The notes under the pieces are model-generated. The model was not told the origin of the DNA, searched no databases, and was given only the letters and a program-made list of their open reading frames with translations. From positions 2,927,356-2,991,355 of the forward strand of contig OY843592.1 in assembly GCA_963692865.2 (NCBI GenBank): a stretch of DNA of 64,000 nucleotides, in the 5' to 3' direction. A program made the position numbers and the translations under genes. Positions 1 to 10,352 of this stretch are shown in pieces. Origin of the DNA: a bacterium (GTDB lineage Bacteria > UBA8248). Within the stretch, counting starts at the first letter, position 1. Each line of letters begins with the position of its first letter.

Positions 1-95
1 ACGCCTGGTTTCGACATTCCATTCGGCAAGTTGCCATGATGAACGGGGGGCATCTTTTTGAGCTTCTGGAAGAGCGAATCAAGTTTGTCAACCAT
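1..95 (-). CDS. 5' end of an unidentified gene running off the left edge (partial)
   Basis: Minus-strand ATG at 93-95 opens MVDKLDSLFQKLKKMPPVHHGNLPNGMSKPG with no stop before the window edge. No family recognised. Confidence 0.25.
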   Translation of the reverse strand, partial: MVDKLDSLFQKLKKMPPVHHGNLPNGMSKPG

Positions 96-240
96 CGCTC
101 TGAATCTGCGTTGCACGGCGCTTGAATCTCCTTGGTTTGGCGTTCGCATTCCTTCACATCAACTGTCCCACTCCCGCTAATTTTGCTCAAGGCAGATACG
201 AAGGAATAACCACCGAAAATGTCTTTACAAACGGGCTCCC

Positions 241-870
241 CTACCCCGCCAACCCGTCGATGATGTTACGCCACTCATCCGGCGTGACCTCCACGATTCG
301 CATCTCGCCCACCGAGACGCTGCATATCACGACGTCCACTTCGAGTTCCCGGAGCGTTGCGAGGCTTCTCGCCAGTTCCGCCTCGTCTCCCCCGTCGTCG
401 GCGACGACGATGGTCTTCCACTCGCCATCATCGAGATAGATCACGTCCCCGGTGAAGAGATACGTCTTGCCGTGAGGGGAGTGGTAGCGGTAGCAGACGC
501 TGTTGTCCGTGTGGCCCGGCGTGTGGATCACCTCCAAGTCGCCTGCGAGATATTCGCGTGGGGGGGAGTCGAAAAGCACATCGGCGGAAACCGTCTTGGG
601 GAGATATGGTTCCACGAGCGTATGGCAGCAGAGCTTGAAGCCGAAACGCCCGGCCACGTCTGCGAGTGAATCGTCCACCTCGTGGCAATGGCTCAGGCAG
701 TGATAGGCGATTCCACCCCGATCACCGATCGCATCGAAATCCTCTTTGCTCTTCGGGTTGTAGAAGAGGACGTTTCCCCCCGGACGCTCCAGCAGATAAG
801 CGTGCACCGTCAGGACGCCAAACTGCTTCTGCTCGGCCGTCTGCCACAGGTCGGGATAGAGTCGCTTCAA
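241..870 (-). CDS. MBL-fold metallo-hydrolase
   Basis: ORF 241..936 contains the HTPGHTDNS metal-binding motif and beta-lactamase-fold-like sequence. Start trimmed to the TTG at 868-870, 8 nt after GGAGGA; the ATG at 936 is the alternative. Confidence 0.8.
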   Translation of the reverse strand: MKRLYPDLWQTAEQKQFGVLTVHAYLLERPGGNVLFYNPKSKEDFDAIGDRGGIAYHCLSHCHEVDDSLADVAGRFGFKLCCHTLVEPYLPKTVSADVLFDSPPREYLAGDLEVIHTPGHTDNSVCYRYHSPHGKTYLFTGDVIYLDDGEWKTIVVADDGGDEAELARSLATLRELEVDVVICSVSVGEMRIVEVTPDEWRNIIDGLAG

Positions 871-948
871 GCTCTTCGTCCTCCGATTGAGAAAACAAGT
901 GTGTCGAAAACCCTGCGATGGAGAACGAAAGAACACCGTAGGAGTTGC

Positions 949-1683
949 CTACCCCCCCAACCTCCGATACGCCTCCGTGCCGCGCAAGTTGGAATCGGGC
1001 TTGACGCCCTCCAGGGGGGTGTGGCCTTCGGAATCTTTCGCGGCGGGGTCGGCGCCGGCGTCGAGGAGGGCTTCGACGACTTCGAGGACGACTTCGTCTT
1101 TCGCCGCCGCGTAGTGAAGAGGGGTCCGCACGCGGTTGTCGCGCACGTCGGGGTTGGCGCCCGCCGCGAGCAGGGCCTTCACGACGGCGGGGGCCGTGCT
1201 GCGCATCCCCGCCCAGTGGAGCGGCGCCAGGCCTCTTCTGTCCGGCGTGTTCACGCGGGCGCCGCCGCGCGCCAGTATCCCCACGTTGGCGCCGATTTTT
1301 CCAAAGGCCGCCGACGCGTGAAGGGGCGTCCACCCGTATATGCCCTCCGCGTTCGGGTCGGCGCCCGCCGCCAGGAGCGCTTCGAGCACGGCGGGGTCCG
1401 CGCGGAACGCCGCCGCCGTGTGAAGCGGCGTCGCTCCCCTCCTGTCGCGCGCTTCCACGTCGGCGCCGGCCCGGAGCAGGACCCGCAAAACGTCCGGGTC
1501 CTGGACGTAGCGCACCGCCCGGTGGAGCGGCGTCGCCCCGTTCTTGTCGCGCCCGTCCACATCGGCCCCGGCCTCGATCAGGCTCCTCACGGCTTCCAGG
1601 GCGTCGCTGCCCATCACCGCGTGGTGCAGGGCGGTGGCGCCGTCTTCATCGCGCGCGTTCGGGCCGTTCGCTTCCGCAGACAT
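949..1683 (-). CDS. ankyrin-repeat protein
   Basis: Repeated ~33-aa units (GATPLHxAA...LLxAGADVxARD) across ORF 949..1788. Start moved to the ATG at 1681-1683 behind GGGAGA. Confidence 0.85.
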   Translation of the reverse strand: MSAEANGPNARDEDGATALHHAVMGSDALEAVRSLIEAGADVDGRDKNGATPLHRAVRYVQDPDVLRVLLRAGADVEARDRRGATPLHTAAAFRADPAVLEALLAAGADPNAEGIYGWTPLHASAAFGKIGANVGILARGGARVNTPDRRGLAPLHWAGMRSTAPAVVKALLAAGANPDVRDNRVRTPLHYAAAKDEVVLEVVEALLDAGADPAAKDSEGHTPLEGVKPDSNLRGTEAYRRLGG

Positions 1684-1827
1684 CAAGATTCTCCCGCTTC
1701 GGCGCGCGCCCGTATGCCAGCCTCCGGCGCTCAAATCTTCACGAGGCGCCCGCCTGGGTACTTTTTTTATCGAACTACATTCAATCAATTATATCAACCA
1801 TATACGACAAACCGAATCAAATGCGCC

Positions 1828-2100
1828 CTAATTCTCCTCGGCGGGCGGGCCGCCTCTTTCGGCGAACTTCTCCGCGCACGAGACGCTGCAGAACGAACGC
1901 CTGCCGCCGCCCGCGCGCTTCGTGATCGCGATGCGCGAGGGGAAGAACGTCTCGCACTCGGGGCAACTCAGCATCTCGTCGTCCAGGCTGTCTTGCGATC
2001 CGCTATTCTTCCGGGCCGCGCTCCCGATACCACTGATCAGGCTGCGCACAAGATAGAATATCAGCCACGATAAAATCAGATAAAAAAGGAATCGGAACAT
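1828..2100 (-). CDS. small membrane-anchored zinc-ribbon protein (PP0621-like)
   Basis: 90 aa. Hydrophobic N-terminal helix (FLFYLILSWLIFYLV), then CPECETFF...FCSVSC cysteine pairs. Family name is from memory. Confidence 0.55.
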   Translation of the reverse strand: MFRFLFYLILSWLIFYLVRSLISGIGSAARKNSGSQDSLDDEMLSCPECETFFPSRIAITKRAGGGRRSFCSVSCAEKFAERGGPPAEEN

Positions 2101-2176
2101 GCGTTCGGGCCTCAGGAAGTGCGGCGAGCGTCTCGAAAAACGCCACTCTACACCCAGAACCGCCGGATGGGAATCC

Positions 2177-5100
2177 TCAGGCGCGCGCGAGGGCGGGCGC
2201 GTTCGCGTGGTAATCCTGCAGGGAGCGCACCGAATACTCGTTCTCGCGCAGGATGCGTATCGCGCGTATGGCCGCCTGGCCCGCGGCGAGCGTGGTGCAG
2301 TAGAAGATGTTCCTCAAGAGCGCCGTTCTGCGGATGGAGTAGCTGTCCCGTATCGACTGCTTGCCCGAGGTGGTGTTGAGCACGAACTGCACCTCCCCCG
2401 CCTCCATCTGCTCCACGACGTGTCCCGCCTCGCCGTCTATCACCTTGTGGACGAAGTCCGCCTCGACCCCGTTCGCCATGAGCGCCGCCCTCGTCCCCGC
2501 CGTGGCCACGAGCGAGAAGCCCAGTTCGACGAGCAGTTGCGCCAAGGGGATGATGGCCGCCTTGTCTTCGTCCCGCACGGAGACGAACGCCCGGCCCGAA
2601 AGCGGGAGGACGGAGCCGGCCCCCTCCTGGGCCTTCAAGTAGGCCGTCGGGAAATCCGCCCCCAGCCCCATCACCTCGCCGGTGGACTTCATCTCGGGCC
2701 CCAGGATCACGTCCACGCCGGGGAACTTCTTGAAGGGGAACACCGCCTCCTTGACGCCGAAATGGCGCGGCTCGGGGTCGCGCTCCATCCCGAGCGCGCG
2801 CAGCGTCTCCCCCGCCATCACGCGGGCGGCTATCTTGGCGAAGGGCGCGCCCACCACCTTGCTCACGTAGGGCACGGTGCGGCTCGCGCGCGGGTTCACC
2901 TCCAGGATGAAGACCTGGCGCTTGTGGACGGCGAACTGCACGTTGTTGAGTCCGACGACGTTCAGGGATTTCGCCAGAATCCGCGTCTGGCGCTTGATCT
3001 CCTCCACGATGTCGGGGCCGAGCGTGTAGGGGGGGATGGAGCAGGCCGAATCGCCGCTGTGGATCCCCGCCTCCTCGATGTGCTCCATCACGCCCGCGAT
3101 GATGACGTCCTCCCCGTCCGAGACCGCGTCCACGTCCACCTCCACGGCGTCTTCGAGGAACCTGTCGATGAGCACGGGCCGCTCAGCGGAGGCGCGCACG
3201 GCGTCCCGCATGTAGGCGGAGAGCTCCTCCGCGTCGTGGACGAGCGCCATGGCGCGGCCGCCGAGCACGTAGCTGGGCCGCATGAGCACGGGATAGCCGA
3301 TGGCGTTCGCGATCGCGAGCGCGTCCCCGGTGTTCGTGGCCGTCCCCGAGGGCGGCTGGGTGAGGTGGAGTTCCTTGAGCAGGTGGCTGAATCGGTCGCG
3401 GTCCTCGGTCAGGTCGATGCTCTCCGGCGAGGTTCCCAGAATCGGCGCGCCTGCGTCTTTCAGCGCGAGGGCGAGCTTGAGCGGCGTCTGGCCGCCGAAC
3501 TGCACGATGACGCCGCGCGGCTTTTCGCGGTGGACGATCTCGAGCACGTCCTCGAGCGTCAGGGGCTCGAAGTAGAGCCTGTCGCTCGTGTCGTAATCCG
3601 TGCTCACCGTCTCGGGGTTGCAGTTCACCATGATGGCCTCGAAGCCCGCCTCGGCCAGCGCCATCACGGCGTGGACGCAGCAGTAGTCGAACTCGATGCC
3701 CTGCCCGATGCGGTTGGGGCCGCCGCCCAGGATGATGATCTTCTCGCGCGCGGTCGGCGGCGCCTCGTCTTCCTGCTCGTATGTGGAATAGAGATACGGC
3801 GTATGGGCCTCGAACTCCGCCGCGCAGGTGTCCACCTGCTTGTAGACGGGACGCACATTCATGCGGCGCCGCGCCGCGCGAACGGTTGCCTCATCAGCGC
3901 CCTGCCTCCGGGCGATCTCCAGGTCGCTGAAGCCGTTTTGCTTCAGGAACCTGAGCGCGGCCTCATCCTCCAGAAGACCGGGCGCGCCGGCGTCTTCCTC
4001 CATATCGACGAGTTCGGCCAGATGCGCGAGGAACCAGGGGTCGACGCCCGAGGCGCGGTATATCTCATCCTCGGACATCCCCTCCCTGAACGCGCGGGCG
4101 ACCGTCCAGAGGCGGTCCGGGCCGGGTATTCTCAATCCTTTCAGGATCAGCTCCTTCCGCTCATTTTCGGATAATCCTTCGAGCTCCTCGGGCCTGGGGT
4201 CCGCCAGGCCGTAGCGGTCGATTTCGAGCGAGCGGACGGCCTTCATCAAGGATTCGCGGAAGGTTCTCCCGATGGACATCACCTCCCCCACCGAGCGCAT
4301 CTGGGTGTCGAGGACGGGGGGCGTCTCGGGGAATTTCTCGAAGGTGAAGCGCGGTATCTTGGTGACGCAGTAGTCGATGGACGGCTCGAACGAGGCGGGC
4401 GTCTGCCGCGTGATGTCGTTGGGTATCTCGTCCAGCGTGAGGCCGACGGCGAGCTTGGCCGCTATCTTGGCGATGGGAAAGCCGGTGGCCTTGCTCGCGA
4501 GGGCCGAGCTTCTCGACACGCGCGGGTTCATCTCGATCACGACCATCCGGCCGTCGGTGGGACTAAGGCCGAACTGGATGTTCGAGCCGCCGCACTCGAC
4601 CCCGACCTTGCGGATGCAGGCGATGGCCGCGTCGCGCATGGTCTGGTACTCGCGGTCCGAGAGCGTCTGCGCGGGGGCGACGGTGATGGAGTCGCCCGTG
4701 TGGACGCCCATGGGGTCGAAGTTCTCGATGGAGCAGATGATGGAGACATTGTCCTTCAAGTCGCGCATCACTTCGAGTTCGAATTCCTTCCAGCCCAGGA
4801 CGCTTTCTTCCAAAAGCACCTGATCCACCGGACTTTCCGAGAGCGCCCAGGCGAGTTTCTCCTCGAACTCGTCTTCGGTGAACGCCACGGCCCCGCCCGA
4901 GCCGCCCAGCGTGAAGGCGGGGCGCAGGATAATCGGGAAGCCGATGCCGCGCGCCGCCGCCCAGCCTTGGGCCATCGTGGTGACGACCTCGCTCCGGGGG
5001 AGATCCAGACCAATCTCGCGCATCGCCCGCTTGAAGAGATCGCGATCTTCCGCGCAGCGGATGGCGGGCAGCTTGGCGCCGATGAGCTCCACGTCCAGCG

Positions 5101-5428
5101 CGTCGAGCGCGCCGCTCTCCGCGAGAGCCACCGCCGTGTTCAGCCCCGTCTGGCCGCCCATGGTGGGCAGCAGGGCGTCCGGGCGCTCCTTCTTGATGAT
5201 CTCCTCCACCACCTTCGGCGTGATGGGTTCGACGTAGGTGGCGTCGGCCATCTCGGGGTCGGTCATGATGGTGGCGGGGTTCGAGTTCACCAGCACCACC
5301 TCGTAGCCCTCCTCGCGCAGGGCCTTACACGCCTGCGCGCCCGAATAGTCGAACTCGCACGCCTGCCCGATGACGATGGGGCCGGAGCCGATGATCAGTA
5401 TCTTGGATATGTCCGTTCGTTTCGGCAT
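2177..5428 (-). CDS. carB: carbamoyl-phosphate synthase large subunit
   Basis: 1083 aa. N-terminus [30 protein letters not shown], a duplicated ATP-grasp half ([21 protein letters not shown]) and an MGS-like C-terminus. Confidence 0.98.
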   Translation of the reverse strand: MPKRTDISKILIIGSGPIVIGQACEFDYSGAQACKALREEGYEVVLVNSNPATIMTDPEMADATYVEPITPKVVEEIIKKERPDALLPTMGGQTGLNTAVALAESGALDALDVELIGAKLPAIRCAEDRDLFKRAMREIGLDLPRSEVVTTMAQGWAAARGIGFPIILRPAFTLGGSGGAVAFTEDEFEEKLAWALSESPVDQVLLEESVLGWKEFELEVMRDLKDNVSIICSIENFDPMGVHTGDSITVAPAQTLSDREYQTMRDAAIACIRKVGVECGGSNIQFGLSPTDGRMVVIEMNPRVSRSSALASKATGFPIAKIAAKLAVGLTLDEIPNDITRQTPASFEPSIDYCVTKIPRFTFEKFPETPPVLDTQMRSVGEVMSIGRTFRESLMKAVRSLEIDRYGLADPRPEELEGLSENERKELILKGLRIPGPDRLWTVARAFREGMSEDEIYRASGVDPWFLAHLAELVDMEEDAGAPGLLEDEAALRFLKQNGFSDLEIARRQGADEATVRAARRRMNVRPVYKQVDTCAAEFEAHTPYLYSTYEQEDEAPPTAREKIIILGGGPNRIGQGIEFDYCCVHAVMALAEAGFEAIMVNCNPETVSTDYDTSDRLYFEPLTLEDVLEIVHREKPRGVIVQFGGQTPLKLALALKDAGAPILGTSPESIDLTEDRDRFSHLLKELHLTQPPSGTATNTGDALAIANAIGYPVLMRPSYVLGGRAMALVHDAEELSAYMRDAVRASAERPVLIDRFLEDAVEVDVDAVSDGEDVIIAGVMEHIEEAGIHSGDSACSIPPYTLGPDIVEEIKRQTRILAKSLNVVGLNNVQFAVHKRQVFILEVNPRASRTVPYVSKVVGAPFAKIAARVMAGETLRALGMERDPEPRHFGVKEAVFPFKKFPGVDVILGPEMKSTGEVMGLGADFPTAYLKAQEGAGSVLPLSGRAFVSVRDEDKAAIIPLAQLLVELGFSLVATAGTRAALMANGVEADFVHKVIDGEAGHVVEQMEAGEVQFVLNTTSGKQSIRDSYSIRRTALLRNIFYCTTLAAGQAAIRAIRILRENEYSVRSLQDYHANAPALARA

Positions 5429-5429
5429 G

Positions 5430-5803
5430 AATCAGGCCACTCGCTCTAAGTAAGAAGGTAAATATAGGGAATTACATACTTGCGTTGACGATTTCTTCTC
5501 GCCGGTCAATTCATCATTCCCTCTCCAAAACCATCCCTCACGCCCGGGTTTCCTTACTCCCCCCTTGTAGGGGTCGGGTATCCCGAGGGGAATGCCCGAT
5601 GAAAAACCCTTGATTCAGCGGTTTGGTTCGACGGTTGTGAAGGTGTAGGTCGGACATATATGTCCGACATATATGCGACCCGGCCTTTTTTCGCCGCCCG
5701 TCATGGGCCGCATATATGTGTGGGACAACCCCGAGGAGGGGTTGTCACCTATAAAAACAACTCCATTCGCCCCATAAGAATCAACTCCGCGCATTTCCTT
5801 ATC
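5430..5803. repeat. repeat-filled carB-carA spacer (palindromic modules)
   Basis: Perfect 20-nt palindrome GTCGGACATATATGTCCGAC at 5649-5668. Hairpin GACAACCCC-gagga-GGGGTTGTC at 5724-5746. Modules recur at 25697-25760, 47340-47360 and 54040-54070. Confidence 0.7.
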
Positions 5804-6895
5804 TCACTCCCCCACGCAGAAGCTGAAAAATTCATCGAACAGCGCGCCCGCGTCGCGCGGGCCGGGGCAGGCCTCGGGGTGGTACTGTACGCTGAACACT
5901 TTGGGAGAGTCCGAACGCAGTCCCTCGCAAGTGTTGTCGTTGAGAGAGGAATGCGTGACGGCCACGCCGGCGGGCAGGCTCTCCGGGTCCACGGCGAAGG
6001 AGTGGTTCTGGGAGGTGATGTCCACCTTTTTCGTGCTCAAATCCTGCACGGGGTGGTTCGCCCCGTGGTGGCCGAACTTGAGCTTGTACGTCCTGCCGCC
6101 CAGGGCCTGCGCGAGTATCTGGTGCCCCAAGCAGATGCCCACAATCGGCGCCCGGCCCATGATGCCCCGCACGTTTTCGACGACGTAGCCGAGGGCCGCC
6201 GGGTCGCCCGGGCCGTTCGAGAGGAAAACGGCGGCGGGCTTTCTCGCCAGTACGCTCTCGGCGGTCTCCGTCGCCGGCACGATTTCGAGATCGAAGCGCT
6301 TCCCGAGTTCCCGGAAAATGTTGTCCTTCGCCCCCAGGTCGTAGGCCACGCAGAGCGGGCGGCCTTTTCTCTCGCCCCAGGCGTGCGCGGCATCGCAGGT
6401 CACGCCGCGCACCATGTCGCGCCCGTCCAGCCCCGGACTCGCCTTGGCGCGCGCGATGAGGCTCCCCTCGTCCAAATCCGTGGAGGAGAGCACCGCCTTG
6501 AGCGCGCCCGCTTCGCGGACGTGGCGCGTGAGCGCGCGCGTATCGACGCCCTCGATTCCGGGAACCCCCTGTTCTTTGAGGTAGGAATCCAGGTCCCCGT
6601 TCGCCCGGAAGTTGCTGTGGCGCCTCGAGACTTCCTTCACGATGAAGGCCTCGACCCAGACGCGGCGGGATTCCTCATCCCCCGGGATGACGCCGTAGTT
6701 CCCGATGTGGGGATAGGTCATCACCACCATCTGGCCGCGGTAGGAGGGGTCGGTGAGCACCTCCTGGTAGCCCGTCATCGCCGTGTTGAAGACGAGTTCG
6801 CCTTCCGCGTCCGCGTCCGCCCCGAAACCCGCGCCCCGGAAGACTCTGCCGTCCTCCAGGGCCAGGAGCGCCGGTTTGATTTTCCGTCCTCTCAT
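5804..6895 (-). CDS. carA: carbamoyl-phosphate synthase small (glutaminase) subunit
   Basis: 363 aa. PSYRGQMVVMTYPHIGNYG N-domain and GICLGHQ...HHGANHPV class-I amidotransferase triad region. Confidence 0.97.
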   Translation of the reverse strand: MRGRKIKPALLALEDGRVFRGAGFGADADAEGELVFNTAMTGYQEVLTDPSYRGQMVVMTYPHIGNYGVIPGDEESRRVWVEAFIVKEVSRRHSNFRANGDLDSYLKEQGVPGIEGVDTRALTRHVREAGALKAVLSSTDLDEGSLIARAKASPGLDGRDMVRGVTCDAAHAWGERKGRPLCVAYDLGAKDNIFRELGKRFDLEIVPATETAESVLARKPAAVFLSNGPGDPAALGYVVENVRGIMGRAPIVGICLGHQILAQALGGRTYKLKFGHHGANHPVQDLSTKKVDITSQNHSFAVDPESLPAGVAVTHSSLNDNTCEGLRSDSPKVFSVQYHPEACPGPRDAGALFDEFFSFCVGE

Positions 6896-8214
6896 GTGGC
6901 GAGCGCCTCCTGGGCGGAGATTTTCATTTCACGGCCAAGCCTGCTCATCCGCACTTCTCCGCCGACGACAGTGGCGACGGCGCAGCCCCTGAGCTTCCAG
7001 CCCGCGAAGGGGGTGTTCCTGCCGTTGCTCTCGAACGCGTCGGGGTCGACCGTGATTTCGCGCTCGGGGTCCAAAATCGTCACGTCGCCCGGAGCGCCCT
7101 CTTTCAGCGTGCCGTGGGGCAGGCCCAGCACCTCGCGCGGCCCCGAGGTGAACTTGGCGATCATCTCGGGGAGGGTGAGCACGCCCCCGCCCACGAGCCT
7201 GTCCAGCGCGAGCGATACGGCCGTTTCCAGCCCCACGACCCCGAACGGCACGGCGTCGAACTCCCTCTGGGTCTCGGCCTCGTAGTGCGGCGCGTGGTCC
7301 GATGCGATGACGGAAATCGTGCCGTCCCTGAGTCCCTCCAGCAGCGCCTGTCTGTTCGCCTCATCGCGCAGCGGAGGCGCCATCTTGGCCGAGGAGTCGA
7401 AGTCCTGTATCACCTCGTCGGTCAGGGAGAAATGGTGCGGCGTCACCTCCGCCGTCACGCGCACCCCGCGCGCCCGCGCCGCCCGCACCAGGTCCACCGC
7501 GCCCGCGGAAGTAACATGTAGAATGTGGAGCCTGCCGCCGGTCAGCTCCGCCAGGCGGATGTCGCGATATACGCAGATGTCCTCGCTCGCCGCCGGGTTG
7601 CCCGCGAGCCCCAGCAGGGTGGAGACCGCCCCCTCGTTCATCACCTTCGCGCCCGAGAGCGACATATCCTCCGCGTGGTCGAGCACGCTCACGCCGAGCA
7701 TTCCGGCGTATTCCAAGGCCGCGCGCATGAGCGCCGCCGTCTTGACGGGCGCGCCGTCGTCGCTGAAGGCCACCGCGCCCGCCTCCATCTGCTCGGCCAT
7801 CTCGCTCAACTCCTCGCCCTTAAGACACACCGAGACCGCGCCGATGGGGAACACGCGGCAGGCGCCCACCTCGCGCGCGCGCTTGAGTATCCGCTCGGTG
7901 ATGGAACTCGTGTCGTTCACCGGGTCGGTGTTCGCCATACACGCCACGCCGGTGAAGCCGCCCGCGGCGGCGGCGCGGGTGCCGCTCTCGATGTCTTCCT
8001 TGTATTCCTGGCCCGGTTCGCGGAAATGGACGTGCATGTCGATGAAGCCGGGCGCGACGACGAGTCCCGCCGCGTCGATGACTTCATCCCCGCCGCGCGA
8101 CGGGATGTTCTTCTTCCTGCGGGCGACTTGTCCCCCCTCGATCAGGATGTCGCATACCTCATCGACGCCGTCCGGGGGGTCGATGAGGCGGCCTCCCCTA
8201 ATGAGCAACGGCAT
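6892..8214 (-). CDS. pyrC: dihydroorotase
   Basis: [14 protein letters not shown] metal-binding motif and SDHAPH motif. Start set to [12 protein letters not shown] (8212-8214) rather than the Arg-rich extension to 8274. 4-nt overlap with the carA start. Confidence 0.92.
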   Translation of the reverse strand: MPLLIRGGRLIDPPDGVDEVCDILIEGGQVARRKKNIPSRGGDEVIDAAGLVVAPGFIDMHVHFREPGQEYKEDIESGTRAAAAGGFTGVACMANTDPVNDTSSITERILKRAREVGACRVFPIGAVSVCLKGEELSEMAEQMEAGAVAFSDDGAPVKTAALMRAALEYAGMLGVSVLDHAEDMSLSGAKVMNEGAVSTLLGLAGNPAASEDICVYRDIRLAELTGGRLHILHVTSAGAVDLVRAARARGVRVTAEVTPHHFSLTDEVIQDFDSSAKMAPPLRDEANRQALLEGLRDGTISVIASDHAPHYEAETQREFDAVPFGVVGLETAVSLALDRLVGGGVLTLPEMIAKFTSGPREVLGLPHGTLKEGAPGDVTILDPEREITVDPDAFESNGRNTPFAGWKLRGCAVATVVGGEVRMSRLGREMKISAQEALAT

Positions 8215-9217
8215 CTCTCGCCTCCTCCCGCGATTTCCTGGGCGCGGCGGCGTCTTCCCCCTCCGGATCCGCATCCTCCGACTCCTCGTCCCGACTCACC
8301 GAGAGGAGATAGAGGATCGCCATGCGGCAGGCGACGCCGTACTCGACCTGCTCCAGGATGACGGAGAACGGCCCGTCCGCCACGTCGGGGGACATCTCCA
8401 CGCCCCGGTTGATGGGGCCCGGGTGCATGATGAGCAGGTCGCGCTTGGCCCCCCGGAGCTTCTTCTTGGTGATCCCGTATGTGCTGGCGTACTCGCGCGC
8501 GCTGGGGAAGGCGCTCCCCGCGCCCCGCTCCAGCTGGATTCTGAGCGCGATGAGCACGTCCGCCCCGTCGATGGCCTCGTCGAGCCGCGTCGTCACGCGC
8601 GCGCCCAGGCACTCGACTTCCGCGGGCAGCATCGTGGAGGGGCCGCAGAAGGTGACGTTCGCGCCCAGCTTCAGGAGGCCGGCCACGTTCGAGCGCGCCA
8701 CGCGGCTGTGCGCGATGTCCCCCACGATGGAGACGTTCAGGCCCTCGAACTTCTTCTTGTGCTCCCGGATGGTGTAGAGGTCGAGCAGCGCCTGCGTGGG
8801 GTGTTCGTGGCAGCCGTCGCCCGCGTTCACGACGGCGCAGTCGAGTTCCCGGCCCAGATAGGCGGGCGCGCCCGACGCCGAGTGGCGGACGACGAGCACG
8901 TCGGTCGCCATCGCCTCGATGTTCCGCGCCGTGTCGCGCAGGGTTTCGCCCTTCGCCGCCGAACTCGTGGAGACGGAGAGGTTGATCACGTCCGCCGAGA
9001 GGCGCTTGCCCGCGATCTCGAACGAAGCGCGCGTGCGCGTGCTGTTCTCGAAGAACAGGTTGACGATGGTCTTTCCCCGCAGCGTGGGCACTTTCTTGAT
9101 GTCGCGCTCGTTGATCTCGCGGAAAGAATCGGTCTGATCGAGCAGAAACGTGATTTCCCCGGGCTCCAGTTCCCGGATCGAGAGCAAATCCTTTCTTCGG
9201 TAGGTTTCCAGGCTCAT
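8198..9217 (-). CDS. pyrB: aspartate carbamoyltransferase catalytic subunit
   Basis: [13 protein letters not shown] carbamoyl-phosphate site, HPTQALLD and the HPGP motif. Confidence 0.96.
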   Translation of the reverse strand: MSLETYRRKDLLSIRELEPGEITFLLDQTDSFREINERDIKKVPTLRGKTIVNLFFENSTRTRASFEIAGKRLSADVINLSVSTSSAAKGETLRDTARNIEAMATDVLVVRHSASGAPAYLGRELDCAVVNAGDGCHEHPTQALLDLYTIREHKKKFEGLNVSIVGDIAHSRVARSNVAGLLKLGANVTFCGPSTMLPAEVECLGARVTTRLDEAIDGADVLIALRIQLERGAGSAFPSAREYASTYGITKKKLRGAKRDLLIMHPGPINRGVEMSPDVADGPFSVILEQVEYGVACRMAILYLLSVSRDEESEDADPEGEDAAAPRKSREEARDAVAH

Positions 9218-9256
9218 ATTATCCCCCCCTTGTAACGCCCCGGCTTCGAGGCCCGC

Positions 9257-9781
9257 TTATCGCTTGAAAACGGCGTCGCGGCCGTCTGTTTCCTCCAGAT
9301 GCACCCGCACTTCCTCGGGGTGGACCGCCTCGATGTTCTTGCCCACGAAATCGGCGCGGATGGGCAATTCGCGCCCCCCCCTGTCCACCAGGATGGCGAG
9401 CCGCACCCTGCGGGGCCTGCCGAAGCTCATGAGCGCGGCCAGGGCGGCGCGCGCCGTGCGGCCCGTGTAGAGCACGTCGTCAACGAGAACCACGTCCTTG
9501 CTCTCGCAGGAGAAGGGGAGGTCCGTCTTCTTGAGGCCGGTTCTCACGCCTCCCCCGTGGTTCAGGTCGTCGCGGTAGAGCGTCACGTCGAGCGCGCCCA
9601 CGAGCGGATGCACGCCCACCAGAGACTGGAGCTCCCGCGCCAGCCTTTGCGCGAGCGGCGCGCCCCTCGTGCGGATGCCGATGAAAACCAGATCCGACAG
9701 ATCGGCCGTACGCTCCAGAATCTCGTGCGAGAGGCGCCTCAGGGTGCGCCTCAGTTGCTCGGCGTCGAGTTGTTGCGTCAT
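9257..9781 (-). CDS. pyrR: bifunctional pyrimidine operon regulator / uracil phosphoribosyltransferase PyrR
   Basis: VVLVDDVLYTGRTARAAL PRTase motif and LVFIGIRTRGAPLA. Start set to MTQQLD (ATG 9779-9781) because the ORF-track extension to 9853 runs through an intrinsic terminator. Confidence 0.92.
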   Translation of the reverse strand: MTQQLDAEQLRRTLRRLSHEILERTADLSDLVFIGIRTRGAPLAQRLARELQSLVGVHPLVGALDVTLYRDDLNHGGGVRTGLKKTDLPFSCESKDVVLVDDVLYTGRTARAALAALMSFGRPRRVRLAILVDRGGRELPIRADFVGKNIEAVHPEEVRVHLEETDGRDAVFKR

Positions 9782-9826
9782 CAGGGCGAAATCCGGTGCC
9801 CGGGCGTTTGCGCGTGAAAGGAACGC

Positions 9827-9858
9827 AAAAAAAACTCCATGCCCACAGGGCATGGAGT
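9827..9858 (-). terminator. leader intrinsic terminator (attenuator) upstream of pyrR
   Basis: Minus-strand RNA ACUCCAUGCCC-UGU-GGGCAUGGAGU (11-bp perfect stem) followed by U7-8, 46 nt before the pyrR ATG. Confidence 0.75.
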
Positions 9859-9904
9859 CTCGAAAACAGGCGAGAAAACGGCAATCATCTGCGCATCCTC
9901 CTTC

Positions 9905-9922
9905 GCCGCCTCACGGGACGGC
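9905..9922 (-). promoter_or_regulatory. candidate PyrR-binding loop in the pyr leader
   Basis: Minus-strand RNA GCCGUCCCGUGAGGCGGC. The loop UCCCGUGAGG matches 8 of 10 positions of the Bacillus PyrR binding-loop core UCCAGAGAGG (recalled consensus). Confidence 0.45.
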
Positions 9923-10028
9923 ATTAAAGGGGAATCTCTTTATCACCGGTTTGTTTCCGCCCGGCGAATATCCGGCCGGGCCATTTCCCCGAAACTAGCA
10001 GTCTTTGCCGCAAAGGGCAAGGGCGGAT

Positions 10029-10343
10029 TCAGGTTCGCTTCAAAAAATCCATCGGCCCGCCGGAGATTTCCTCCCTTTCGTCTGGCGCGTGAGCCGTTTC
10101 CTCCAGAATCTCGAACAGGCCGGATGCGTCCTTTTTCGACAGATTGCGCGTCGCCTCCCCCAGCACGCGGACCCGCAGGGTCCTGTTCTCTAACTTAAGC
10201 CTCAGCACGTCGCCGACCTCCACCCGGGAGGAGGCTTTGGCCGCTTTCCCCTCGATCTCGACCCCGCCCGAATCCGCCAGGCTCTTGGCGAGGGGACGAC
10301 GCTTGACCAGGCGGCTAAGGCGCAAGAACTGATCCAGGCGCAT
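10029..10343 (-). CDS. S4-domain RNA-binding protein (Hsp15/YlmH-like)
   Basis: MRLDQFLRLSRLVKRRPLAKSLADSGGVEIEGKAAKASSRVEVGDVL is an S4 alpha-L motif. Confidence 0.75.
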   Translation of the reverse strand: MRLDQFLRLSRLVKRRPLAKSLADSGGVEIEGKAAKASSRVEVGDVLRLKLENRTLRVRVLGEATRNLSKKDASGLFEILEETAHAPDEREEISGGPMDFLKRT

Positions 10344-10352
10344 CTTGCGTCG

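Noticed and set aside
2099-4174. 691-aa plus-strand ORF (and the 4700..5449 ORF) opposite carB
   Set aside because: It lies entirely antisense to a full-length, unmistakable carB. The product is Arg/Gly/Ala/His-rich low-complexity sequence, typical of stop-poor antisense frames in high-G+C DNA.
7307-9235. 642-aa plus-strand ORF spanning pyrC and pyrB
   Set aside because: It is antisense to two well-supported genes. The composition (Ser/Ala/Arg/Pro runs) and the lack of any motif indicate a GC-artefact.
9782-9853. 24-codon N-terminal extension of pyrR given in the ORF track
   Set aside because: The extension would be translated through the 11-bp-stem/U-tract leader terminator, and it adds a non-conserved peptide. 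MTQQLD aligns with typical PyrR N-termini.
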